A stretch of 36,077 bases of DNA from Zoogloeaceae bacterium (GCA_016790005.1 JAEUNS010000053.1:1-36077); one strand, 5' to 3'; counted from the first letter of the stretch, positions 1-10,610 are shown. Translations and numbers: made by a program. Notes: a model not told the origin generated them from the sequence alone.

Positions 1-713
<713 letters not shown>

Positions 714-723
<10 letters not shown>

Positions 724-1364
724 TGACGCCGGTCACACGCCTGTGCCTTGTCAGGCACGGCGAAACGGCATGGAATGCCGACCGTCGGCTACAAGGCCAC
801 ATCGACGTACCATTGAACGAAGTCGGGCAAGCGCAGGCTGCGGCGACCGCGGCCTGCTTGCCGGCCGGGCTTTTTTCAGCCTGTTACAGCAGTGATCTGC
901 AAAGAGCCTTTGAGACCGCACGGGTTGCGAGCCGTGCGGCCGGACTCCTTCCCAACACGGCGCCTGCCCTGCGCGAGCGGCATTATGGGTGTTTCCAGGG
1001 GCTCACCTACGTCGAAGCAAAGCAGCGCTTTCCCGAGGCCTACGCACGCTTCGAAGAGCGCGACCCGCACTATGCGTTTCCGGCCGGAGGCGAAAGCCTC
1101 CATGCCTTCAGCGAGCGAGTCCGCGCCGCGCTCGAGGATATCGTGAGCAGGCACCCGGGCGCCTGCGTGCTGGTCGTGACCCATGGTGGCGTGCTCGACA
1201 TCGTGCATCGCCTCGCTACGGGCAAATCACTGACGGCTGCTCGCGATTTCACCATCCCAAACGCTGCCCTCAACTGGGTGCGTCATCGTGGGCGTTGGGA
1301 GCTCGAGTCATGGGGCGACACGACCCACCTCGCTACAGCGCGGGACGAATTGCCCAACGCCTGA
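714..1364 (+). CDS. Histidine phosphatase family protein (phosphoglycerate mutase-like)
   Basis: N-terminal catalytic motif LVRHGETAWN and second His region VVTHGGV. Start is ATG 714 or ATG 723, overlapping the TGA of the upstream permease. Confidence 0.85.
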
Positions 1365-1445
1365 AGCACAGTCGCCACCTGCTCTGTACACGATTGCTAG
1401 ACCCTGGCGGGCTTTGCTGCGCCTGAGTACGGCAATCGCAGGCAT

Positions 1446-1451
1446 GATAAT
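1446..1451 (+). promoter_or_regulatory. Possible -10 element (GATAAT) upstream of glyA
   Basis: Only AT-rich hexamer in the GC-rich 122-nt spacer, 36 nt before the glyA ATG. No convincing -35. Confidence 0.25.
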
Positions 1452-1486
1452 ATCCGCCTTCAAACCAACAGCTTCGAGTTCGCCCA

Positions 1487-2737
1487 ATGTTTTCATCGCA
1501 AGACACCTTATCCAGGATCGACCCGGAAATCTGGGCCGCAGTGCAAGCCGAGAATCGCCGTCAGGAAGACCATATCGAACTGATCGCGTCCGAGAACTAT
1601 GTGTCCCATGCGGTCATGGAAGCCCAGGGCTCGCAGCTCACCAACAAGTACGCCGAGGGCTATCCCGGCAAGCGCTACTACGGCGGCTGCGAGCATGTCG
1701 ACGTCGCCGAGCAGATCGCGATCGATCGCATCAAGAAGCTGTTCGGTGCCGAAGCCGCAAACGTTCAACCGAACTCCGGCTCGCAGGCCAACCAGGCGGT
1801 GTTGATGGCCTTCGCCAAGCCCGGCGACACCATCATGGGCATGAGCCTCGCCGAGGGCGGCCACCTCACCCATGGCATGCCACTCAACATGTCCGGAAAG
1901 TGGTTCAACGTGGTGGCCTACGGCCTGAACGAGAAAGAAGAGATCGACTACCCGGCCATGGAGGCGCTCGCCCGCCAGCACAAGCCGCGCATCATCGTCG
2001 CCGGCGCGTCGGCCTACTCGCTACACATCGATTTTGAACGCTTCGCGAAGATCGCCAAGGAAGTCGGCGCAACCTTCTGGGTGGACATGGCCCACTACGC
2101 CGGCCTGATCGCCGCCGGCTACTACCCCAACCCGGTTCCGCATGCCGATGTTGTCACCTCGACCACCCACAAGACCCTGCGCGGTCCACGCGGCGGAATC
2201 ATCCTGATGAAGGCCGAGCATGAGAAGGCGCTCAATTCGGCGATCTTCCCCGGTCTTCAGGGTGGGCCGCTGATGCATGTGATCGCCGCCAAGGCGGTCG
2301 CATTCAAGGAGGCACTCGGGCCGAAGTTCAAGATCTATCAGGAACAGGTCATCGCCAACGCCCGCGTGATGGCCAAGGTGCTGGCCGAAGATCGCGGCTT
2401 GCGCATCGTTTCGGGCCGCACCGAGAGTCATGTGTTCCTTCTCGATCTGCGCGCCAAGAACATCACCGGCAAGGACGCCGAAGCGCTGCTCGGCCGCGCG
2501 CACATCACCGTGAACAAGAACGCGATCCCCAAGGACCCCGAAAAGCCGTTCGTGACCTCAGGCATCCGCATCGGTTCGCCCGCAATGACCACCCGCGGCT
2601 TTACCGAGATCGAGTCCGAACAGGTCGCTCACCTAATCGCCGACACGCTCGATTCGCGTGGCGACGAAGCCGTTCTTGCGTCGATCAGGGCCAGGGTTGC
2701 GGCCCTGTGCGCGCGCTTTCCGGTTTATGGCGGCTGA
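1487..2737 (+). CDS. glyA: Serine hydroxymethyltransferase
   Basis: 416 aa full-length match by eye to GlyA: [39 protein letters not shown] (PLP lysine region). Confidence 0.97.
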   Translation: MFSSQDTLSRIDPEIWAAVQAENRRQEDHIELIASENYVSHAVMEAQGSQLTNKYAEGYPGKRYYGGCEHVDVAEQIAIDRIKKLFGAEAANVQPNSGSQANQAVLMAFAKPGDTIMGMSLAEGGHLTHGMPLNMSGKWFNVVAYGLNEKEEIDYPAMEALARQHKPRIIVAGASAYSLHIDFERFAKIAKEVGATFWVDMAHYAGLIAAGYYPNPVPHADVVTSTTHKTLRGPRGGIILMKAEHEKALNSAIFPGLQGGPLMHVIAAKAVAFKEALGPKFKIYQEQVIANARVMAKVLAEDRGLRIVSGRTESHVFLLDLRAKNITGKDAEALLGRAHITVNKNAIPKDPEKPFVTSGIRIGSPAMTTRGFTEIESEQVAHLIADTLDSRGDEAVLASIRARVAALCARFPVYGG

Positions 2738-2768
2738 GCACAAGCCTGATGGACTGAAGCGCATTCGT

Positions 2769-2798
2769 GTATCCGGCGAGTACAGCCTCGCCGGATAC
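2769..2798 (+). terminator. Perfect 12-bp hairpin after glyA with no U tract (terminator, attenuator or stabiliser)
   Basis: GTATCCGGCGAG (2769-2780) pairs with CTCGCCGGATAC (2787-2798), loop TACAGC. Lies 32 nt after the glyA stop and is followed by CCAGCAAG, not Ts. Confidence 0.4.
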
Positions 2799-2872
2799 CC
2801 AGCAAGCCCTTGCCCGGCGAGCATGCAGTCCAGCATCCGTGTACAAGCACTCGCACCGGGGCAAACCTTGCG

Positions 2873-3391
2873 ATGAAGTGCCCCTTCTGCAGCGACCCCA
2901 ATACCCAGGTCACCGATACCCGCGAGAACGACGAAGGCGATGTCGTCCGGCGGCGGCGTCGCTGCGTGAAGTGCGACAAGCGCTTCACAACCTATGAGCG
3001 CATCGACCTCAAGATGCCTCACATCATCAAGCGCAACGGCAACCGGACCGAATTCGACCACGCCAAGCTCGCGAGCAGCATGACGCTCGCCCTGCGCAAA
3101 CGTCCGGTCACGCTTGAACTCGTCGAGGCCGCGATCGACCGTATCGAAGCGCGCCTGCTGTCGCTGGGCGAGGCAGAGATTCCGAGCGAGAAGATCGGCG
3201 AATTGGTCATGCGCGAGCTGAAGAAGCTCGACAAGGTGGCCTATATCCGTTTTGCCTCGGTCTATCGCAACTTCGCCGACGTCGATGAGTTTTCAGAGGT
3301 GATCCGCGAAGTGCAGGCACGTCCGAAGCGTAGTCGCAACCCGCGTGAAACGAACCCCACGCCAGACGAGAATGACCTTTTCGGCAACTGA
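2873..3391 (+). CDS. nrdR: Transcriptional repressor NrdR
   Basis: [18 protein letters not shown] zinc-ribbon N-terminus with second CxxC ([14 protein letters not shown]), followed by an ATP-cone. Start trimmed from track ORF 2810 to ATG 2873. Confidence 0.95.
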   Translation: MKCPFCSDPNTQVTDTRENDEGDVVRRRRRCVKCDKRFTTYERIDLKMPHIIKRNGNRTEFDHAKLASSMTLALRKRPVTLELVEAAIDRIEARLLSLGEAEIPSEKIGELVMRELKKLDKVAYIRFASVYRNFADVDEFSEVIREVQARPKRSRNPRETNPTPDENDLFGN

Positions 3392-4472
3392 TCACGCGGC
3401 CATGGCGCGTGCGCTCGAGCTTGCAGGACGCGGGCTTCTGACGACCACCCCCAATCCGCGCGTGGGTTGCGTCATCATTCGGGATGGGGTGAGCGTGGGT
3501 GAAGGCTGGCATCGACGCGCCGGCGAGGCCCATGCCGAGATCGAGGCCCTCAGGCTTGCCGGTGACCGCGCAAGGGGTGCCACCGCCTTCGTCACACTCG
3601 AGCCCTGCGCACACCATGGCCGCACGCCCCCGTGCGCCGACGCACTGATCGCCGCCGGGATCTCACGGGTCGTCGTCGCGATGGAAGACCCGAACCCGCT
3701 GGTGGCGGGGCGTGGCCTAGAGCGCCTGCGCTTGGCCGGCGTCGCGGCCCAATGCGGCCTGATGAGCACCGAAGCGCTTGAACTCAATATTGGCTTCGTC
3801 TCGCGCATGACCCGTGGACGGCCATGGATCCGTCTCAAGGCCGCCGCCACCCTTGATGGCAAGACGGCCCTCAACAACGGTACCAGCCAATGGATCACCG
3901 GCGCGGCCGCGCGACGGGACGGCCACGCTTGGCGTGCACGCGCCTGTGCGGTGCTCACCGGCATCGGAACGGTTCTCGCCGACGATCCACAGTTGAATGT
4001 GCGCGAAGTCGCGTGCGAGCGGCAACCCTGGCGGGTTCTGATTGACGCAAGACTCGAAGTGCCCACCTCGGCCAGAATATTGTCTGGAGGGCATTGCCTG
4101 GTTGCCACCGCATCGGATGATCGATCAAGAATCGAATCGCTGCAGACCCTCGGCATCGAGGTGGTGTCACTGCCCAACCCGGCAGGCAAGGTGGATTTGC
4201 AGCTGCTCATGCACGAACTCGGCCGCAGGTCGTTCAACGAGATCCATGTCGAGGCCGGCGTCAAGCTCAACGGCTCGCTGCTGCGCGAGCGCTGCGTCGA
4301 CGAATTGCTGCTCTACCTGGCGCCGATGCTGGTCGGCGACAATGCCCAAGGGCTTTTCAAGCTCGCAGCAGCAGACGCCCTCGATCAGGCTACCCGCCTG
4401 GACATTCGCGATATCAGACAGCTCGGCAAGGACTTGCGAATCGTCGCCCGCCCGATCACACAAGGCTTGTAG
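3372..4472 (+). CDS. ribD: Bifunctional riboflavin biosynthesis protein RibD (deaminase/reductase)
   Basis: Deaminase zinc motifs HAEIEAL and [11 protein letters not shown], plus a C-terminal reductase domain. ATG 3372 overlaps the nrdR end by 20 nt. nrdR-ribD adjacency is the classical arrangement. Confidence 0.95.
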   Translation: MTFSATDHAAMARALELAGRGLLTTTPNPRVGCVIIRDGVSVGEGWHRRAGEAHAEIEALRLAGDRARGATAFVTLEPCAHHGRTPPCADALIAAGISRVVVAMEDPNPLVAGRGLERLRLAGVAAQCGLMSTEALELNIGFVSRMTRGRPWIRLKAAATLDGKTALNNGTSQWITGAAARRDGHAWRARACAVLTGIGTVLADDPQLNVREVACERQPWRVLIDARLEVPTSARILSGGHCLVATASDDRSRIESLQTLGIEVVSLPNPAGKVDLQLLMHELGRRSFNEIHVEAGVKLNGSLLRERCVDELLLYLAPMLVGDNAQGLFKLAAADALDQATRLDIRDIRQLGKDLRIVARPITQGL

Positions 4473-4506
4473 TTGCAGCAACGACACCAGTCGTCACGTC
4501 CATCGC

Positions 4507-5259
4507 TCAGGCACGTCCCTTACACACCCGGCATTCCGGGTCGCGGCCGAGACTGATGCTGCGCCACTCCATGTCGAGCCCGTCCAGCAACAGCAGGCGC
4601 CCGTCGAGCGAGGTGCCGCAACCGGTCAGAAGCTTCAAGGCTTCGGCCGCCTGCGTCGCACCGATGATTCCGGTCAGGGGTGCAAATACCCCCATGACCG
4701 CACATCTGACCTCGTCCACCGCCATGCCTTCGGGAAACAGGCAGTGATAGCAGGCACTTTCCGAATGGCGAAGATCGAAAACCGACACCTGACCGTCAAA
4801 ACGGATCGCGGCACCGGATACCAAAGGTTTGCGAAACTTTACGCAGGCGCGATTGATAGCATGCCGGGTCGCAAAATTGTCGGAACAATCGAGCACGATA
4901 TCCGCGCGTTCGACCTGATCCTCGAGCGCCCGGCCCTCTAGTCGCTCCGCGATCGTTTCAATCTCAGCCTCGGGGTTCAGGCGCGCCAGCGTTTCACGCC
5001 CCGATTCGACCTTGAGCTTGCCCACCGCCGCGGCAGAATGAAGAATCTGGCGCTGCAGATTAGTGAGATCGACCGTATCTCCGTCGCACAGCACCAAGGT
5101 ACCGACGCCTGCAGCGGAAAGGTACATCGCGGCCGGCGACCCGAGCCCCCCTGCCCCCACGACGAGCACGCGCGCCGCAAGAATGGCCTGCTGTCCTTCA
5201 ACACCGATCTCCGGCAGCAGAATATGGCGGCTGTAGCGCAGCAACTGGTCGTCGTTCAT
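4507..5259 (-). CDS. moeB: Molybdopterin-synthase adenylyltransferase (MoeB/ThiF family)
   Basis: RYSRHILLPEIG, Rossmann motif VVGAGGLGS, two CxxC zinc motifs (CYHC, CRVC). 250 aa. Confidence 0.9.
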   Translation of the reverse strand: MNDDQLLRYSRHILLPEIGVEGQQAILAARVLVVGAGGLGSPAAMYLSAAGVGTLVLCDGDTVDLTNLQRQILHSAAAVGKLKVESGRETLARLNPEAEIETIAERLEGRALEDQVERADIVLDCSDNFATRHAINRACVKFRKPLVSGAAIRFDGQVSVFDLRHSESACYHCLFPEGMAVDEVRCAVMGVFAPLTGIIGATQAAEALKLLTGCGTSLDGRLLLLDGLDMEWRSISLGRDPECRVCKGRA

Positions 5260-5309
5260 GAGGCAATCCGGATAGTTGAACGGGTGCGGCCAGACGACGA
5301 CCGACGCGG

Positions 5310-5759
5310 CTACTTGTACTCGCGCAGTTCGGGCGGCGTGTCGTCGTGATCGCCGTGCGGATGCTGATCGTAAACGGTGATGTAAACTTCGTTCGATTTC
5401 TTGATCAGACGCTCGGGGGAGAGCAGATTATGGCGCTGGGTTTCTTCACAGAAATAGACCAGCGCCCGAACGAGCTTTGAATAAAGGTTGCTGTCGAGGT
5501 GATAACCCGCATCGGTCAATGCCTCTTCGATCAACTCGAGTGAGTAGTCGAGAACCGAATAGCGCACCACCACCGAATCATCGCGGACTCCGCGGCGAAC
5601 GAACACACCCTTGAGAATGCGCAAGGCCTCAAAGGCCCGGTCTGCCTGTCCAGGCGGATAGGCGGCAAACCGAATCTCCCGCTCCTTTTCGAGCCCGGAA
5701 CCGGTTACCGGATGATCATGCTTGCGTCCGGCGAGCTTGTATGCAGTTTCCCGACGCAT
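5310..5759 (-). CDS. Hypothetical protein, 149 aa (possible ferredoxin-like/HMA-like fold without CxxC; His/Asp-rich C-terminus)
   Basis: ORF with AAGGGG Shine-Dalgarno 8-9 nt upstream, 15 nt after the ctpA stop and 50 nt before the moeB start. I recognise no family by eye. Confidence 0.7.
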   Translation of the reverse strand: MRRETAYKLAGRKHDHPVTGSGLEKEREIRFAAYPPGQADRAFEALRILKGVFVRRGVRDDSVVVRYSVLDYSLELIEEALTDAGYHLDSNLYSKLVRALVYFCEETQRHNLLSPERLIKKSNEVYITVYDQHPHGDHDDTPPELREYK

Positions 5760-5774
5760 GGTGGCGCCCCTTCG

Positions 5775-7160
5775 TCAGCTCTTGTCCTCTCCATTCTGGA
5801 CGATCTGTTCGCCCTTGAGAAGACGCAAGGCCTGAAGAAGCTGGTGGTCGTCCGCCCCACCCATCTCAAAGCGCGGCGTGGTGGCCTGGTCTTCATCGGT
5901 TGGCTCTGCATTTGGATCCGATTTTGCAGCTTCAGCCGGTCTTTCGGCGCCATTTTCGAGATGCCCCAGCAGATCGGCTTCACGCACCCGCCTGCTCGAG
6001 CCATTCTCGGTCTCCTCGACCACGAAGTCGGGCTCGATCCCCTTGGCCTGGATGGAGCGCCCGCTCGGGGTGTAATAACGCGCCGTAGTGAGTTTGATCG
6101 CCGAGTTGTTGTTGATAGGCAAAATGGTCTGAACCGAACCCTTGCCGAAACTCTGAGTTCCCAGGATGGTCGCCCGCTTGTGGTCCTGAAGCGCGCCCGC
6201 GACAATCTCGCTGGCCGAAGCCGAGCCACCATTGACGAGTACGACCATCGGCACCTCGCGCGCGAAAGGCGGCAGGTTGCGGATGAAATCGCGGGTACGG
6301 CCGCGCAGGTAGTCTTCGGCCGAGACCCGGTATTCACGCCGTGCATCGGGGGTTCTGCCGTCGGTCGAGACCACCAGCGTATCGGCCGGCAGGAAAGCAG
6401 CCGATACGCCGATGGCGCCATGCAGCAGACCGCCCGGATCATTACGCAGATCGAGCACCAGCCCGGTCAGCGGACCTTCCGCGGCGAGCTTGTTGAGATG
6501 ATCGACCACCGCCGTGGCGGTATTTTCCTGAAACTGGCTGACCCTGAGGTAGCCGAAGCCAGGTTCGATGACCTTCGAGCGCACGCTCTGCACCTTGATG
6601 ACCTCGCGGGTAAGCTTGGTCACCACCGGCGCGCTTTCGCCCTTGCGCATGATCGTCAAGGTGATCGCCGTGCCCGGCTTGCCGCGCATCATCTTGACAG
6701 CATCCGACAGGTCCATGCCCTTGACCGGGGTATCGTCGAGCTTCACGATCAGGTCACCCGACTGGACACCCGCACGAAACGCCGGGGTACCCTCGATCGG
6801 GGAGACGACCTTGACGAAGCCGTCTTCCATGCCGACTTCAATGCCAAGGCCGCCAAACTCGCCCTGAGTACCTTCCTGGAGCTCCTTGAACGCCTCGGCA
6901 TCGAGATAGGCCGAATGCGGGTCGAGCCCGGTCAGCATACCGCTGATCGCATGATTGATCAGCTTGCGGTCTTCGACCGGCTCTACGTAGCCCTGCTTGA
7001 TCGCATTGAAGACATCTGCAAACGCGCGCAACTCTTCTACCGGCAGGCTCGCGGGAGCGACTCGGTCCGCGTTGGCCGAAAAATTCAGGCTGATCAGAAT
7101 GCCGGCAAAGATTCCGGTCATCACCAATCCCGCTTTTTGAAACTTGTTGCGCATGACCAC
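5775..7160 (-). CDS. ctpA: Carboxy-terminal processing peptidase (S41 family)
   Basis: N-terminal membrane anchor/signal, PDZ region (GIEVGMEDG...SPIEGTPAFRAGVQSGDLI), S41 core with GGSASASEI and FGKGSVQ. Confidence 0.93.
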   Translation of the reverse strand: MVMRNKFQKAGLVMTGIFAGILISLNFSANADRVAPASLPVEELRAFADVFNAIKQGYVEPVEDRKLINHAISGMLTGLDPHSAYLDAEAFKELQEGTQGEFGGLGIEVGMEDGFVKVVSPIEGTPAFRAGVQSGDLIVKLDDTPVKGMDLSDAVKMMRGKPGTAITLTIMRKGESAPVVTKLTREVIKVQSVRSKVIEPGFGYLRVSQFQENTATAVVDHLNKLAAEGPLTGLVLDLRNDPGGLLHGAIGVSAAFLPADTLVVSTDGRTPDARREYRVSAEDYLRGRTRDFIRNLPPFAREVPMVVLVNGGSASASEIVAGALQDHKRATILGTQSFGKGSVQTILPINNNSAIKLTTARYYTPSGRSIQAKGIEPDFVVEETENGSSRRVREADLLGHLENGAERPAEAAKSDPNAEPTDEDQATTPRFEMGGADDHQLLQALRLLKGEQIVQNGEDKS

Positions 7161-7199
7161 TCCAGATGTGAACGCTTTGCCGAGTTGACACCGGCCCAG

Positions 7200-8582
7200 C
7201 TAATTTAGGCGAACCCACTTCATGGGGTCGACAGGCTGACCCCGGTGCCGAATTTCAAAGTATAAACCCGATTCCTGAACGCTTCCGCTGGCGCCCACAC
7301 TGGCAATGGCCGCCCCCCCCGCAATGCGGTCGCCCACTTCACGCAGGAGCGCGTCGTTATGCCCGTAGATCGTCATGTACTCGCTGCCGTGATCGACGAT
7401 GATCAGGTTTCCGTAGCCTCTGAGCCAATCGGCGAACACCACTTCACCCGGCGCAACCGCAAGCACGTCCTGACCGCTCCCGGCGCGGATGAACACGCCT
7501 CGCCAACGCGTCCCACCCTGCGCTCTAGGAGCACCGAAACGCCCTACCAGTTCCCCGCGCACCGGAAAACGCATCTTTCCCTGCAACTGGGCAAAACTCA
7601 CGCCGGTGGGCGCGATCTCGGCTGCGCGCGTAACCTGCCCGACTACCGGTTCGGGTCCGGGTTCTTTGACTGCTTCGCCTTCCGCGACCCGTCGCTCGGG
7701 CGCTTCGCGCTGGGCCGGCTGCGCCATCCTGGCTCGCTGCTCGGCGGCAACCCGCTCCGCTTCGGCTGCGCGCCGGGCGATCTCGGCGCGCCGCGCTGCT
7801 TCTGCAGCACGGCGGGCTTCCTCGGCCCGTCGCGCAGCCTCCCGCTCGGCCTGTTGGCGGGCAAGAACAGCCAACACCCTCCCCAGTTGCTCCTCGTCCT
7901 CGCGCAGTTCGGCGAGTTCGGCGCGCTGCTTCTTAAGCTCGGTGGTCAGACCGGCGACCACCCGCGAGCGTTCTGCCAGGACCTTCTCGAGCGCGGCCGA
8001 CTCGCTACGTTGCTCAGTCTCAAGGCTACGCAAGGTCTGCGTACGCGCAGCAACGCTTGCGACCAAGCTTTCCTGCTGGCGCAGATCGGCGCGCAGGCTT
8101 TCTATCAACTCCAGCCGCGCACGCCCGAGATGTTCCAGGTAGCGAAGGTCACGGGAGATCTGATTGGGATCCTGCGCAGCGAGAAAAGGGGCGACCTCAC
8201 TGCCGCCACGCATGTAGTTTCTGCGCAACCACTGAGCGAGCTCGGCCTGCCCGGTCGTAATCCGCGCTGCCACCCGCGCTTGCTCCGCCTGCTTCTCGGC
8301 CAACTCCGCCTCGACCCGGGCAAGCTCGGCCGCCAGATCACGAATGCGCCGACGCGCCGCGGATACCGCGCGTTCAGCCTGCACCCGCTCACCCTCGGCC
8401 GCGCTGCGGCTGGCTTGGGCGCCGGCAATACTTTTGTCGAGTTCGTCGATCCTACGCTTGAGGACATCAAGGTCGGCACGCCTGTTGTCAACCTCGCTGG
8501 CGGGCGCTGCGCACGCACAGGTCGACAGCAAGACGCCGACGGCAAGCGCCGCCGCCAACCCGCTTCCCATTGTTCGCCTCAT
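7200..8582 (-). CDS. envC: Murein hydrolase activator EnvC-like (coiled coil plus M23/LytM domain)
   Basis: Signal peptide, long Ala/Arg/Glu/Gln coiled coil, C-terminal LytM domain (GVFIRA...FADWLRGYGNLIIVDHG...YFEIRHRGQPVDP). Confidence 0.9.
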   Translation of the reverse strand: MRRTMGSGLAAALAVGVLLSTCACAAPASEVDNRRADLDVLKRRIDELDKSIAGAQASRSAAEGERVQAERAVSAARRRIRDLAAELARVEAELAEKQAEQARVAARITTGQAELAQWLRRNYMRGGSEVAPFLAAQDPNQISRDLRYLEHLGRARLELIESLRADLRQQESLVASVAARTQTLRSLETEQRSESAALEKVLAERSRVVAGLTTELKKQRAELAELREDEEQLGRVLAVLARQQAEREAARRAEEARRAAEAARRAEIARRAAEAERVAAEQRARMAQPAQREAPERRVAEGEAVKEPGPEPVVGQVTRAAEIAPTGVSFAQLQGKMRFPVRGELVGRFGAPRAQGGTRWRGVFIRAGSGQDVLAVAPGEVVFADWLRGYGNLIIVDHGSEYMTIYGHNDALLREVGDRIAGGAAIASVGASGSVQESGLYFEIRHRGQPVDPMKWVRLN

Positions 8583-8621
8583 TCGACTTGCGCCCCGAGC
8601 GCAGATCGCTGCTGATCCAAC

Positions 8622-9374
8622 TCAGACTTTGGCGCGTGCAGCCTGGCTCGCAACCTCGGCCTCTGCAGCCCTGATGGTGCTTTCGTCTGCAAGGTAGTAG
8701 CTCCGGATCGGTCTGAGATCGGCGTCGAGCTCATACACGAGCGGTTGGGCGGTAGGGATGTTCAGCGCAACGATGTCGCTGTCGGAGATGCCGTCGAGAT
8801 ACTTGATGAGCGCGCGCAGGCTGTTGCCATGTGCAGTGATGAGGAGGCGCTGGCCGGCGAGGATGTCGGGTGCGATCACCGTTTCCCAGTATGGGATGAA
8901 ACGCGCAACGGTATCCTTGAGACACTCGGTGCGCGGAAACTTCGCATGCGGCAACGCAGCATAGCGTGGATCCGCCAGATCGAGCCGCTCGTCACCTTCG
9001 GGCAACGGCGGTGGCGGCGTGTCGTACGAACGACGCCACATCAGTACCTGTTCATCGCCATATTTGGCAGCAGTTTCCGACTTGTTGAGCCCCTGCAGCG
9101 CACCGTAGTGACGCTCGTTGAGGCGCCACGAGTGGACCACCGGCAACCATAGCGCGTCGAGCTCTTCCAGTACCAGGTTAAGCGTCTTGTTGGCACGCTT
9201 GAGCACGGAGGTGTAGGCTTTGTCGAAAACGAATCCCTTGACTTTAAGGAGTTGCCCGGCGCGATGCGCCTCGGCGACGCCACGCTCGGTCAGGTCTACA
9301 TCGGTCCATCCGGTGAAACGGTTTTCCTGGTTCCAGGTCGATTCGCCGTGCCTTAATAAAACAATCTTGTACAT
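8622..9374 (-). CDS. gpmA: 2,3-bisphosphoglycerate-dependent phosphoglycerate mutase
   Basis: [32 protein letters not shown] and [10 protein letters not shown] motifs. 250 aa. Start trimmed from track ORF 9488 to ATG 9374. Confidence 0.95.
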   Translation of the reverse strand: MYKIVLLRHGESTWNQENRFTGWTDVDLTERGVAEAHRAGQLLKVKGFVFDKAYTSVLKRANKTLNLVLEELDALWLPVVHSWRLNERHYGALQGLNKSETAAKYGDEQVLMWRRSYDTPPPPLPEGDERLDLADPRYAALPHAKFPRTECLKDTVARFIPYWETVIAPDILAGQRLLITAHGNSLRALIKYLDGISDSDIVALNIPTAQPLVYELDADLRPIRSYYLADESTIRAAEAEVASQAARAKV

Positions 9375-9503
9375 GAGTTCGCGCACACAATGAATGAAGG
9401 ATGAGCCGATCGAGCAGACGAGAACCTTTGTTGCGCCGCGGCGGCCGAGTATCGAATCAAATCCGCGACAACGAATCTCACGCCCCATCGAGCCGCATTA
9501 TTT

Positions 9504-9509
9504 TATACT
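9504..9509 (+). promoter_or_regulatory. Possible -10 element (TATACT) in the gpmA/arsR divergent region
   Basis: Sits in the only AT-rich island (9496-9526) of the 168-nt divergent spacer, 34 nt before the GTG of the ArsR-type gene. Confidence 0.25.
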
Positions 9510-9542
9510 ACTCCTCTTGTCTTAACTCGCCGGCGCCGCCAA

Positions 9543-9878
9543 GTGGATCACAACTCCTTCATCGACCTGATCGACAAGCATGAGCAAATCGAGACCGCCG
9601 CGCGGGCGCTCAAATCGATCGCCCATCCCTTGCGTCTGAAAATCCTGTGCGTGCTGGGCGAGAGTGAGGTCTGCGTACAAGATATCGTCGAGGTCGTGGG
9701 CACGTCGCAAAGCAACATTTCCCAGCATCTTGCGATCTTGCGCGACAAGGGCATCCTGCAGACTCGCAAGGAAGCAAACCGGGTCTATTACCGCGTCTGC
9801 GACCAGCGCACGCTTCAACTGATCGTGTTGATGCGCGAATTGTTCTGCGGCGTTCCGGCCTCTGGCTCGGCACGCTGA
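9543..9878 (+). CDS. ArsR/SmtB family transcriptional regulator (YgaV/BigR/SqrR-like candidate)
   Basis: Winged-helix signature LKSIAHPLRLKILCVLGESEVCVQDIVEVVGTSQSNISQHLAILRDKGIL. GTG start. Four Cys, including one at the alpha3 position and one near the C-terminus. Confidence 0.85.
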   Translation: MDHNSFIDLIDKHEQIETAARALKSIAHPLRLKILCVLGESEVCVQDIVEVVGTSQSNISQHLAILRDKGILQTRKEANRVYYRVCDQRTLQLIVLMRELFCGVPASGSAR

Positions 9879-9912
9879 CACACGCTTTCAAATCACAACG
9901 GAGCAGCAAGTA

Positions 9913-10335
9913 GTGGAATTTTTTCAGCAAAATTGGTATTGGGTGGCCTTGGCCGCAATTACGGGGAGCTGGTTGCTCGTCGACCTGATCCGCTCGCGCG
10001 GCGACAGGACCCAGCTCTCTCCGGTCGAGGCAACCCTGCTGATGAATCGCGAAGACGCGGTAGTGGTGGATGTGCGCGATCAGGGCGAATTCGAACAGGG
10101 CCACATACCCAACGCCCGCAACATCGCCCTCAAGGACCTACCGCACCGCATCGCCGAACTCGAGAAACTCAAGAGCAAACCCTTGATTCTGTGCTGCGCC
10201 ACCGGTGCCCGCTCGAGTTCGGCGCTCGGCACCCTGCGCAAGGCCGGTTTCGACAAACTGTTCAACCTGCGTGGCGGCATCTTCGAATGGGAGAAAGCCG
10301 GCCAGCCACTTGGACGCAAGAAGAAATCCAAATGA
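9913..10335 (+). CDS. Membrane-anchored single-domain rhodanese (YibN-like sulfurtransferase)
   Basis: N-terminal TM helix (WYWVALAAITGSWLLV), rhodanese fold with active-site loop CCATGARS. GTG start with GGAG 9 nt upstream. 140 aa. Confidence 0.88.
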   Translation: MEFFQQNWYWVALAAITGSWLLVDLIRSRGDRTQLSPVEATLLMNREDAVVVDVRDQGEFEQGHIPNARNIALKDLPHRIAELEKLKSKPLILCCATGARSSSALGTLRKAGFDKLFNLRGGIFEWEKAGQPLGRKKKSK

Positions 10336-10610
10336 GCGAACCCGCATCGAAGGCCGCGGTGAAGATGTACGCGACCGGCACTTGCCCGTACTGCATACGC
10401 GCCGAACAACTGTTGTTGAGCAAAGGGGTCGAGAGGCTCGAGAAGATCCGGGTGGATCTGCATCCGGAGCGACGCAGTGAAATGGTCGCGCTGAGCGGTC
10501 GCAGGACCGTTCCGCAAATCTTCATCGGCGACAGCCATGTGGGCGGCTGCGACGATCTCCATGATCTGGAGCGTGCGGGCAAACTCGAGGCGCTCCTGAA
10601 CAATCCCTGA
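10332..10610 (+). CDS. grxC: Glutaredoxin 3
   Basis: CPYC active site (TGTCPYCIRA), TVPQIFI and GGCDD motifs. 92 aa. ATGA overlap with the rhodanese stop. Confidence 0.93.
   Translation: MSEPASKAAVKMYATGTCPYCIRAEQLLLSKGVERLEKIRVDLHPERRSEMVALSGRRTVPQIFIGDSHVGGCDDLHDLERAGKLEALLNNP

Noticed and set aside
1365-1486. Possible riboswitch (ZTP/pfl or similar folate-related type) in the glyA leader.
   Set aside because: I could not find the conserved pseudoknot or CCGCCUGGG-type elements, or any convincing stem architecture. Only a GATAAT box is present. A cmsearch run would settle it.
7700-7870. Tandem-looking repeats in envC DNA encoding ARRAAE-type heptads.
   Set aside because: This is a low-complexity Ala/Arg/Glu coiled-coil coding sequence typical of EnvC-like proteins. 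It is not a repeat element or a CRISPR array.
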